In this document: positions 1-10,902 of the stretch, piece by piece
How positions within the stretch are numbered: position 1 is the stretch's first letter
How the letters are laid out: each line of letters begins with the position of its first letter
Source of the DNA: Podospora anserina
Taxonomy: Eukaryota
Assembly (NCBI GenBank): GCA_017654855.1
Contig: CM030338.1
Coordinates: 992,001 to 1,056,000, forward strand
Direction of reading: 5' to 3'
DNA: 64,000 nt
Position numbers and translations under genes: made by a program
The notes under the pieces: generated by a model
The model's database searches: none
What the model saw: the letters and a program-made list of their open reading frames with translations, nothing else
Told to the model about the DNA's origin: nothing

Positions 1-181
1 TCAACTGCCGAGGAGCCAATCACGTGATACGTCCGGATCAAAAACCCCCCTGAAGCCCCTGAGTTGGAGTGGAGTACATCTTCCATCATCACCAAAACCC
101 AAGGTCAAACAAAGTCCAGAATTATCAGAAAACTGGGGTTCTACCTCTTTCATTACTATCTACCTCACATGTGCTCATTTC

Positions 182-184
<3 letters not shown>

Positions 185-266
<82 letters not shown>
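185..266. repeat. (TG)41 microsatellite
   Basis: Perfect TG dinucleotide run read directly; it explains the spurious CVCVCV ORFs. Confidence 0.98.
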
Positions 267-269
<3 letters not shown>

Positions 270-895
270 CTGTGTGCAAAAACAGGCCATCATCCATGGC
301 CAGCTAGAACCCTTTGACTGCATCCAGCTTCAGGTCGTAGGTAGGTATGTTCAATCCCAAACAACAAAAACATCCCAAGTTAGTCCCCAAAACCAAAAAA
401 AACCAACTCGCCATCCAAAACATTATTTGCCCACTCGTTGCTGTTGTTCTTCTTGTTGTTGTTTCCTACCCAGTTCATAAATACATCCCAACAAAAATAA
501 GCAAAATGCAAAACTGACTGGGAAAAACCGCCCGCCAAACCCCCCAGAAAAACTCAATGCTATTTTGTGCCGCCCCGTTGCCCATTCGTTGTTTTTCTAA
601 ACCAGACCAGAAGATGCTGCGTCCCAGAAACAAAAAAAGCCTAAACACCATACTCGTAAACATGCTTCGCTTGACGCCCTGGGAGTCTCCCTCCTATTTT
701 CAGACGACGACCTTCCTTTTTTTTTCGGAGCAGAAAAAACCGTCCCAATGTTGATGACAAGGGGAAAAAATTGAATACATACGCCTCCCGCACTCGACTT
801 GATACAGGAAAACAGAGAAACTATTACAAGAGTTAAAAGGTGCATACTGGATGTCGCATGTTGTGCTGAAATGAAGCAACATCAGTTCAAATATG

Positions 896-2328
896 TTACT
901 GATAGATGAGTTGGCAATGGCCCCCGGGATGATATTGGCGGTCCAGCGCTGGCTGGACCACTTCACGCGCCATCTTGTAAAGGTTGACCCCTTCAGCAAC
1001 TCTGACGGGGCGATATGCGTACTCTAATGTTGGCTGAACAGCTGGGGATTTTGGCAGCATCTTGTACAGATGACTGCCTTCGGCAACCTTGAATCGATTC
1101 TCGATGGGTTCACAGCTGTCGATCCACGCGTCTGGGCGAGGGCCATATTGTTGGAGCCACCGCCATCTTTGTTCGTCTCTTTTCGAGGCTGCCATCACAT
1201 GTCAGCATGCAATTCGTTTGCAATCGGTATAATGACAAAGCAAACCAACTTACCAAGTTCCTGAGCGGCGTCAAGGTAATTTTTCGGAAGCCAGTCGTAC
1301 CGGTGTTCAACCAACTCCTCCGGCGATCTCTCAAGGAGGAGTCTCGGACGGCCATACGTCCGCACTTTGCTTTCTTCGAGTCGGTGAGGAACGCCCTTGT
1401 ACACTACGTACTCGGCGTAATCCTCATTGAGGACCAAGTCACTGTTCTTGGGGTCCGCCCCTGCGGGGTTGGTTGTCAAGAATGGTGGCGAGTCCAAGAC
1501 GAGTAGCTTCTCATCGGTGTTGTTCATGAGCGGAACCAGGAGATTCTGACGATAAAAAATGCATTGGACCCCAGTGATTTTGCGATTATCCTGCGGGTCC
1601 GCAGCTGGCCATTGGTGGATGTAGGCACGTTCGATGTCCTTCCACGCCTTCGTGAGATCTTCTCTGTGATAGATAATAAAGTCTTGTTGTTCAGTCGTGT
1701 ACTTCTGGTTGCTGCGCTTCCCCTTTTTGGCCTCGCCTGCAGTAGCAGGCGAGGACTCGACTGTGTCAGTGCCTCTTACACGTTTTGTAGAGTATGGCTC
1801 GGTTCTGGGGCTGTTTCTGCGCCCCGACCTGATGGGAAACTCGGGGGTTGACCGCCCGGAACTGGGAGTCATGGTTGTCGACCCGCCATCTGATGAGCCG
1901 CGGCGTGAGAGCGGTGGAGAGTACTGGCCAGACATCCAGGATCTCTCTACTGAGCTTGAGCGAGAGGTAGACCCATTCCAGGAAACCGCCGAGAAAAATG
2001 AGCCCGATGGAGAGGGTGGAGCTGTGAAAGGGCCCCCGGGGTATCGAGAGCTGGGAGCTGGCACACTGGCCATGAGAGATCGGATTGACGGAATTTGTTG
2101 ATCTGACGGTGCACGCGTCTGGCCCGTGATATGGTCCAGGGGCAGTGATGGACGAACTCTGAGGACTATATCCATCCTGGACATTGTCGTTTGGGGAGTT
2201 GAAGGAGGTGTGAGGCTCAATGCCAAATTCGGAGGACTAGGTAATTTACCGTTGCCTAGGGTGCTGGAAGGTGTGGCCGGTGGTGTGAAATCCAGCTCAG
2301 AGATGCTGGGGATTCTGATGATAGCCAT
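896..2328 (-). CDS. Fungal hypothetical protein with a Myb/SANT-like helical domain; 2 exons (2328-1254, 1188-896)
   Basis: 377-aa ORF is joined by a GTAAGT...GCTGAC...CAG intron (1253-1189) in frame to ORF 896..1198. Ser/Pro-rich N-terminus, basic NLS, and KYTTEQQDFIIYHREDLTKAWKDI...RKITGVQCIFYR resembling Myb-like HTH domains. Confidence 0.7.
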
Positions 2329-4890
2329 GGTGAGAGCCTTCTTGTGTTGTGATGGAGATGGGTGGTGGTGAATGGGTGGAGTGATGAGAGGATGCTTGTA
2401 TAACTAAATAGAGGATCGTGGGATATGCCACTCTGTGAGGAAGCAGTGGAGGGTGGTATTGAAGACGAACCACGAGGGTGATCTGAGACCAAGAGTCCAT
2501 GATGGGGATCGTCGAGGGTATTCATACTGCAGACAAACTGGCAGCTGTGGGGACGGAACCGATAGGACCCTGGGTGGGAGAGCGCAGCAGGGGAGGGGGG
2601 TGCGCCAACCAAGCGCGAAGGGGGTGTAGCATCTAGGGGTACGGTAGATGTGTGCCGACTGCATGGAGGGCGAGACCTCTTTCGAGTCTGCCAAGCCATG
2701 GTATCTAGAGTCTAGTCTTTTTGGTGCGCTATCACACTGCCACCACCAGCCTTGCAGCGGGTGCTGTTTTCTCGCAAGTTGAAGACGCCATGTTCCCCCA
2801 GATGGGCCCCGGACGATCTCACCACGGGCCTTGCTGTCAAAAATCTCTCCGAGCTCTGGCAAGCCACGATCTTGCCGGCGGCTGGTGGCGACAGGAAAAG
2901 CTCCCAGTGACTGAGTGATGTGCGTGGCATGGGGAAAGCGATCGCTCCTGTCTGTCTAGGTCATTCAGCTTCTCGTATCAGGGCTGCCTCGGAGGCAGCA
3001 CTAGCCTAAAGACGTAACGGTCGGCGGCTTTTGCGCCGTCCAGGAACAAAGCGGTGATTTTGGGCTAGCAGAGAGAGTCCATGATGTCGAAGACGAAACA
3101 GCGAGCAGTGAGGCAGTGAAACTGGGGATGATATCGACCTGTGGAAATCTTGTTTTGGGCGAGTCTACCTCCGGGCCAGAGCGAGCGACTGCCCTGCCAG
3201 ACATAGCTACTGACAGTTTCGGCTGTCAACTGTTGACCATGCCCGAAAAGGTCTCTATGACCGTTGCCCTTTCCTCCTTTTGGTAGCAGCCGCAGTTTGG
3301 GCCGCGATGTCTGCATGTACGACAGCGCTTCCTGCATCCGCGGTTCTCAACTTTGAAGCCACTTGCCCGCTCGCCCGCTCGCCCACTTGGCAGGCAGGTG
3401 CCGGAGCCGCTGTGTTGCGCCTGGAGCCGTCATTTCGTTCCCTTGGGACGATTCCAGGTTCGGCCGACGGCTTCAGATTCGAATTGGCTTCGTCATCAGC
3501 ACTGCCCGGCTCGTGTCATCTGCTCTCCTCCCAGTTCAGCGTTTCGAATCATCTCAGCAGGCCACGCTTTATCAGCACTCCCACCCACGTCGGACTCCGA
3601 GATGGGGAGTAGGGAAGGTAGGCTAAGTAAGGTAGCAACTCGTACGTCGTATCTTCAAGCCTGCTGCCTTCATCTGCATCTGACAGTCATTGGGCGAGGC
3701 GGCTATCCCCGTCGGCTCTCAAGTCGTATGAAACATGGCACGCCTATGATTGGCCAGAGAGAGAACAAGTCAAGTATGCAGACAATATCTGATTGGGCCA
3801 TTGCCAGAGCAGCCATCTGCCAGAGATCGAGACTCGAGACAGCCTTGCTGCAAGACACTCAACATCTTGCATCGATTAGCTGCTTCCAAGACGTGCGAAG
3901 ACCGTCGCCCTTGCACATTGTCCCATGTAAAAGTAAACAAGGCAGGAAAGGAACAAGTCACCTCCCAATGCAGCTCTCTGGACATCCCTACCTCAGCTGA
4001 ATGCCTTTTTCGACTTTTCGGTCTTTTGATGGCCAACGTTTCCGCTCGCTTTGATCTTTGGACCCACATACCGCCCAAGATTCTATCAATATCACTTTTC
4101 CCCATCCCGTGCCGCCATCGCCAACACAGCATCTTTTTGCGCAGAGATTGGACTGTCGTTCATTTCCCTCTCTGCTCTCTCGCAGATCGGAAGCGGCATT
4201 TGTGATTGGCGAACAGTGACTAGGAACTGATGCCGCACCTGTTGGCGTCTTGGGGGGCCACAAGGGCCGCACCAGTACTCGACCCGGAAGCTGGATCCAT
4301 AGGACTCACGTTCTCTCTCTCTCACTTGTCCTGCTGGCTTGCCCCTCTGCCTCTACCTGATTCAGGAACGAGGGTCTAGAAGGTAGATACTCGAAACAAT
4401 GACCATTCTGTTCTGAGGCCTGTCTCACATCAACAAACCAAGCTGCCCACTGTCTCCAAGCGAGGTATTTTATGACGAGGAAAAAGACCTCTCACTCTGC
4501 TCCTCGGCCAGCCCAACACGCCAAGCCGAGTTGCAGACGCCACCATTGACATAACTCGATGGCCCCGCAGACGGATAGATCTGGTGCTCCCCAGAGGGGG
4601 GCTTGAACTAGGGATGGTAACACCGCAGCTGTCACATTTTGGTTTCCTGGTACGCATATCATCATAGTGATTATAGTGTTGACGATAGCACACTCCTCGC
4701 AAAAGGAAATACGAACATGAGGACATGGTGTTGTTCAATTGTTTGTTGTTGTCTCATACTGGGAGAAAAGGGAGGAGATTCTCGTCTGTGCGCTGAAAAT
4801 CACTGCCTCCATGGAGGGAGGAAACAGTCAGCCAGTATGGACAGGATATGAAGCTGACTTCGCACAGTACCAGGAGCAAAGCAACGAGTA

Positions 4891-6200
4891 TCAAAGCTTT
4901 CCCCGATTTGTCGACCCACCCCCTCTGCCCTCGACAACCACTCCCAGCTGTCCAGCATCGAGCATGCTTTGTCCCGAAGCAGTACCAAGGAACGACTCGT
5001 CTCCAGAAAAGCGCCTGTCACAATAGTATAGTCAGCATTAGGGCTCTGCAGCTTAGCAACATGATATGTCGAGTTCCTTACCAGCCTCGCTCTTCCCCTA
5101 GTGAAAGATGAGTGCAGTCACTATTGAGCTCACACATCCACCCCCCACCAACGCCCCGACCACCTCTCCAGGCGAGATCCTTGTGACGATCTGCAGCGTG
5201 TGCAGCAGAGGCCCCTGACGAGGTTGCAATGCCATCGCCGTGACACTTAACTGTCCCGGATACGATTCCCGCGGGGGATGCCCGTCGCCTGTAGACACTC
5301 AACCCGCAGGTGAAGGCCCGAAAGTCCTCAGTGTCGATGCTCTCCGGCATGTCACCAGTCAACACTCGGCCCAAAGCGATTATGGTGGCAGCATGTGAGC
5401 AGAGCAGAACGGCACGCACGCCCTCTCTGTCGCACTGAGCAATGAGCTCGTCCATGGTCCTGGCGACTCGGTCATGCAGCTCATCAACACCCTCTCCCAT
5501 GCGGGTCGGCGTTACTAGCGGTCTGTACTCTTCGTCGAGCAGGCCCGGGAACAGCGGCCTCAGAATTTCATGGGACGCTGGGACCGGGTGCTCAAAGTTG
5601 GCTGCTCCATACCACTCACCCAGACCAGTCTCGCCCCTTATGGACAGGCGCTTGTCAGTGACGATGGCCTTGCGCACAAAGGGTTCGACTGTCTGAAGAC
5701 ATCGGTAGTATAGACTGGAATAGACGCGCTCAATGGGCGGCTCTGCCTTCAACAGCCGCTCGCCGAGCTCCCTCGCTTGATCAACGCCATGGGATGTCAG
5801 AGCCGGATCAGCCGCTCCGCCAGTTGGCGACCGTAGGGTCGCTGTGTAGGTGCCAGTGGCGTGATCAACGAGCCAGTTTGATCTGAACTGATAATTGGAT
5901 GTCAGCATTTTCACCACACTACTGCACAACACCGCAAAAGATGGTCATGACGCTAGCTAGGCCACCCTGAGGTCTCGAGCATCCCTTGATCTGCAAGTGC
6001 CAGCCACGAGCTTCAATCAATCAATTAAGAAGAGCCAAGACAACGGACGGGTAAGGGTCTCTGACGATGCGTGGGAAAAGAAGCACAAAAAGGAAATTCA
6101 TCAACGTCAAAACAAAAACAGTCGACATGACAGAACTGAGCGAGAAGGAAAACTTCACACTTACCCCATGACGGGCCACGTAGATCACCTCCAGTGGCAT
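4891..6200 (-). CDS. Histidine phosphatase / phosphoglycerate mutase-like protein, TFIIIC tau55-like; 3 exons (6200-6165, 5887-5082, 5014-4891)
   Basis: Exon 1 MPLEVIYVARHG carries the RHG catalytic motif and splices to FRSNWL. Also SSLYYRCLQT, ETGLGEW and CSHAA motifs; last exon WRFSGDESF...GKL*. Canonical introns. Confidence 0.88.
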
Positions 6201-8482
6201 GATGTAGACGAATGCAGGGACAGATGGGGGAAATAAATGTGAGTGAGTGTTTGCCTAAGCTGGTTGGGGTTCTTCTGCTTTCTTCTTTTCTTTTTTTTCT
6301 CCAGGTCACGAACCGACTCAAGGTGGTCCGAAACTTTGGGGGGGGGGAAATAACACATGAAAAGATCAGCAAAACCGTTCGTCTCAAATTCATTCGACCG
6401 CACACAATCCATTCTCGTTCTTTTGTTGCTGCGTACGCACTGACGGACGCAAGAAATTTTGCAAAACAGTACACACACAGCAAGAAGAATAGGGGGATTG
6501 CCGCAAGAGGATTGGCGCGCGGAAGAGACCGTTGATAATACATGGGACACGCAGTTTCCACACGTTTTTTCTGTCTGTCTTGAAGGGTTTTGTTTGGATG
6601 AAAATAGGGGATGTGATTTCGGTGTCTGTGTGTTTTTGTTCCCCTTAACTTTTTAAAGGGTTGAGATGGCAGGAACCAGGACGATCAGGGTCCTTGTTGT
6701 CAGCCATCACTGGCATATCATTGACATGTGGCATGTGGAGTTTACTGTGTATGGTGTTGATCTTGGGTTTGCAATGCACCTTGTCATCTCGATCAAGGGC
6801 AACCGCTGGTTGGTTCCACAGATAACGGATGAGATACCCTGTTCCCAATACATTGGGCACAGGCAGGCAGGTTGGGCTACATAAATCTGACGACAGCGAT
6901 TTGGGATTTGGGAAGGAAAAGAGGAGAAATGGGAGGAGGGTGTGCACCTTTGAAGGGGGGGAGTGAGTTGATAGGTAGGAGTATATAAAACCCCCTGGGC
7001 GTAAGTGTATGTAAAGGGTGTATGAACGGGGTGTGTGAGAGCGAACTCTTTCTTGAGACTTTTCAGAACTTGCCCCAATCCGGACAGCCCCAAAAATTGC
7101 AGTCCAGACACTGGTCTTTTTGAGACGAAAAAAATGCTCGTCCAGAAACAAACAGAGTGAAAAAAGTTGAGAAACAAAACAGAGATAAGGGAAACGGCAC
7201 TCCCGTGACACTCCCGTTTGTGACAATGACAACTTTGACTCAGGGTTACAGTCAAGAGAAGGGACTGGAAGGGTGTGCTGTTTGTGATGAGGAGGAGGGC
7301 AAAGATCTTGATGACTGGGAACATGGACTGAGGTAGGTGAGGGGAAGGAGGAGAGAGGTCAGGCAGGAAACGGCAAAAGAGGAAGAAGCTACGGAAGTTT
7401 AATTTACTCACACAAGTGTACTTTAGGTAGTACTTTTTGGTCTGAAAGGTTCTGAGGTACAGTACTAAGACTGGACTGGACTGACTGGATGGGTGTTGTC
7501 GGCTGTGGTTTGCTGAGATCGGGTGTGCCCTGTGATATTGAATGGGTGACGTTTTCAAAGTCTTCAGAGCAGAAGAATAGCGGTGATGGATAATTCAGAT
7601 TTTCCCACTGCAAAATGTGAGGCAATCTTGAATTAGCGGTGTTGTGTCGAGTTATGTAAGTTATTGCGTGCGCATGTATATGTGTGCTGTATGTGCTGTA
7701 ATATGCACGCAGTTTATGCAGGTTCTCTCGTCTATCCCGTTGTTCAGTGGTTGTGCTCTGCTATGTTGTGTGTGTACATACTATTGGGTATATGCAGTAT
7801 ATATGACCTGTAAGAAAAACCAGAGCCGAAGCCGAGTGCCGCGCCCTCCCTCGTTTCTTGAAGGTTCGCTGTTGTATGAGGTGGTGTTGGGTGGTGTGGG
7901 TGTGTCTTGTCGGGACCGGTCCTGTGCCGGAAGATTTTGTCCTTTTGTGACTTGCAGTAGTGAAGCTGTGATGAAACGGGGAGTTTTAATTCTGCAAGAC
8001 AGTTTTGAAGGTTTGACAGCACTTTTCTCTGGAGAATCTGAGAAACAAGTCTGGAATCGCTTCTCCGTGGAGAGTCGAGGGGAGTTTGAGACCCGAACAA
8101 TGGCGGGGAGCCGAGGCACGCTTGTGAGATGTGCAAGTGGCTCATATAACCCTAACCCTATGTAATCCGGTGATATGTCCCCGGTAGATGGGATGAAAGG
8201 GAGGAAGTAGGGGTCGCAGGCGTTCATACACACCTGCAATTGCCCGAAACATGACGATCCCGAGAGCAGTGCGGCTGGAGCCTCCATTCCAACCCTTTTC
8301 TCAGCTGTTTGGTAAATGGTGGTGCCAACACTTCAGCTTTCACGGCAGGCAACTGCAGGGCGGGTGTGCAAAAGCATTTCGTGATCTTCAGCTTTGACAT
8401 TGTCGGTAAGGCCAGAAGCAACTTGTAAAAATCATCAAATTCGGTGTATAGATAGTAACAGTTTGAGCATAGGTAAAATGAG

Positions 8483-10294
8483 TTACCTCTGCCGCAGCTC
8501 CTTCTCGTGCTCCACCCAGAAGTTGGCACACTGCCTATGCCCCCAGAACTCGATCCACCACTCACCGAAACTGTCTTCGACTTCATAGTCCACCTTGGCG
8601 ACCCGTTCATCTCGCTTCAGTCCGCAGACAACGCATGCTTTTGGGGCGGTTGGTACATTCTTTGCCGCGGTGACAGCCATGTTTGTAGCAAGCTCGGGAA
8701 TCTTGAGGTTCTCATGATGAGCACTGTTCATTGCCGCGACAACGCCCCGTAGCCTACCGACTTGCTTCTTCCAAACCTCGATGACCTCGGCTACTTCTTG
8801 CTCTTCACGGATAGACTGAGTCTTATCTATACCGGCCAGTTTCATGCCTGGTTTCCCGCCTGCAACCGCAGCAGAGATGGTCATGCTCTGTGATAGGAAC
8901 TTGTCCCTGTGCCAACGCTGCTTCCGACCTGCTATTAATCTTGACACGACCGTGGCTAAAGCTAGGTAAGCTTTAATGAAAGCGAGGGTCTGGGCGGAGC
9001 CGATGATCCGTTGGTAGCCTGGGGAGGTGGTTGATAGAGTAAGGAGAGGTTTGAGAAGGGTCGTTGTGGCAAGATCGAGTAGTTGAGGACAAAGTGAGAG
9101 AAGAACCGAGGGTGGAGGAATGTTGGTCGGGGGAGGACCGCGAGGTTCGTGTGATGGCGCTGGTTGTGCCGGTGGATTGCTATGTTGAGGGGCCTTTTCT
9201 TCTGTTGCTCCCCAGTCTTGCCATTCCCACTCTGAATTTGTCGTTGGGGCTGGGGCTGGCTTGGATTTCGAGGTTGTCTTGATTTTGGGCTGTGAAGCTG
9301 TTTTGATGGCGGGTTTTGTGGTGGTATCTGGGATGTCTTTGAACTCCTCCCACTTGTTGCCAAAGCCGTCACCAACCTCAGGCCATGCCGTAATAGGAGA
9401 TGGCGAAGCTTGATTCGCTTCCTGGATGTTGCGTACTCCTGTGGGCGGTTTTACTTGAAGTTCCTTCACAAGATCGGGCTTGCGGTCATGAAAAGATGAT
9501 CCGTAGGGTGACTTTGGTGCCTTCGGGTAAGCTGAAGGACTCCCATGGAAAGCCGCGTTGGAAAGAGACAACCCTGGAGGTGCTTTCTTAGATGATGGGG
9601 CCGAGTCCACGTCTAGCCCAAGCAAGTCGTCTACAGGTTTTGTGGTGGTGGGCTCTGTTACAGGGGCAGGCACAGCCTCAAAATCACCAAAGTCATCCTC
9701 ATTGATGTCCCCATTCTCCGCTTCAAAATCGGCATCAAAGAGCACATCAGGGTCCGGGTTTCTCTTCGGTTTATGCGAGTCCTCCAGTCCAAGGTTGAAC
9801 AGTTGATTGCCCATCAAGTCCATGGTCGATGCCCTGGTGACACGGGTTCTAGATGGTGGGCTGGTGATATTTGTCAGTGGAGCCGGAGGCTGTGGCGGAT
9901 CGGCTGGCTTCGTTGCAGCCTCAAAGTCCCCCCAGTCATCTTCATCCTCCTGGTCATCTTGTACTGGTGTGGATGTTTTTGAAGGCGCTTGTGTTGTCGC
10001 ACTCTGGCGTTGGAAGCCCCCCGATCCACCCAAATCACCCCAGACATTACTGTTATTGGTCTGAGGATGACCGAACTGAGCTGACGCAAAAGAGCTTCCT
10101 TGTGTCGGTGCCAGTTGTTGAATAGGCGGCCATGGTGCGGATTGCTGGCTAATTTGAGCTTGCGTTTGCGGTTGAGGAGCCGGTGAAGCGAAGTCCAAAA
10201 AGGAGAGGGAGTCCTGAGCTGGTTTTGTCTGTTGCTGCTGAGGTGCTGTGCTTGATGGCGTGTCTGCGAAAGCCGCAAAGAGATCGGCCGACAT
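8483..10294 (-). CDS. Conserved fungal protein with DFGDF/WGDF adaptor-binding motifs and a C-terminal CxxC...HxxC module
   Basis: Single ~603-aa ORF starting MSADLFAAF; acidic DDDWGDFE and DDFGDFEA motifs; C-terminal CVVCG...EDSFGEWWIEFWGHRQC. Confidence 0.82.
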   Translation of the reverse strand: MSADLFAAFADTPSSTAPQQQQTKPAQDSLSFLDFASPAPQPQTQAQISQQSAPWPPIQQLAPTQGSSFASAQFGHPQTNNSNVWGDLGGSGGFQRQSATTQAPSKTSTPVQDDQEDEDDWGDFEAATKPADPPQPPAPLTNITSPPSRTRVTRASTMDLMGNQLFNLGLEDSHKPKRNPDPDVLFDADFEAENGDINEDDFGDFEAVPAPVTEPTTTKPVDDLLGLDVDSAPSSKKAPPGLSLSNAAFHGSPSAYPKAPKSPYGSSFHDRKPDLVKELQVKPPTGVRNIQEANQASPSPITAWPEVGDGFGNKWEEFKDIPDTTTKPAIKTASQPKIKTTSKSKPAPAPTTNSEWEWQDWGATEEKAPQHSNPPAQPAPSHEPRGPPPTNIPPPSVLLSLCPQLLDLATTTLLKPLLTLSTTSPGYQRIIGSAQTLAFIKAYLALATVVSRLIAGRKQRWHRDKFLSQSMTISAAVAGGKPGMKLAGIDKTQSIREEQEVAEVIEVWKKQVGRLRGVVAAMNSAHHENLKIPELATNMAVTAAKNVPTAPKACVVCGLKRDERVAKVDYEVEDSFGEWWIEFWGHRQCANFWVEHEKELRQR

Positions 10295-10902
10295 TATCAA
10301 AGTTTATCCTTATGTGGTTTCTTCATACAAAATCTAAAGTGTAAGGTAGTTGTCGTTGGGGTGGCTGTTGGACGTCACTTCGAAGGACAGGGTTAGAAGA
10401 GGCTCGAAGATTGGCGAGGTGGGGCTCACTGACAGGATCGCTGCAAGGTCCCTCTCTGGACCCTGGTATCTCGAAAGCTTAAACAACAGATGGTGGGAGA
10501 AATTGATGACTCACGGCTTTATCGTGATATCTTCTCAAGATGAGGCTCTTCGAGTCTCTTGGTTGGGCAGCCTGGAGTTATCTCTGCAACAGGTTCAGAG
10601 TTCACGAATTGGATGGCCAACGATGCGGCGACGTCCAGACAGGAGGCTTGGGAACAGGGGGCTGATATCCATGCCATGCGCCACATGATTGGCTGGGAAA
10701 TGTGCCCCACATTCAGCTACCACTGACAACGTTCCTTGTGCTCACCACCAGGATCCTCACCCTTGTTTCCTACACATGATGAATAGCTCACGAGTTTTAT
10801 GATACATATAAAAGAGCCTTGCCATTGAAGCCATCTCAAAAGACGTCCAAAAAACAAGTAGACGGACGTTGGGAGGCTTGAAGAGCATGCTGAGCGTGCA
10901 TT

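Noticed and set aside
64-480. Cys/Val-repeat ORFs
   Set aside because: Translation artefacts of the (TG)41 microsatellite.
8147-8160. TAACCCTAACCCTA as a telomerase RNA template
   Set aside because: Known filamentous-fungal telomerase RNAs are ~2 kb with the template near the 5' end, so a + strand RNA from here would run antisense through the 8483-10294 gene. I could not identify a pseudoknot or CR4/5 element.
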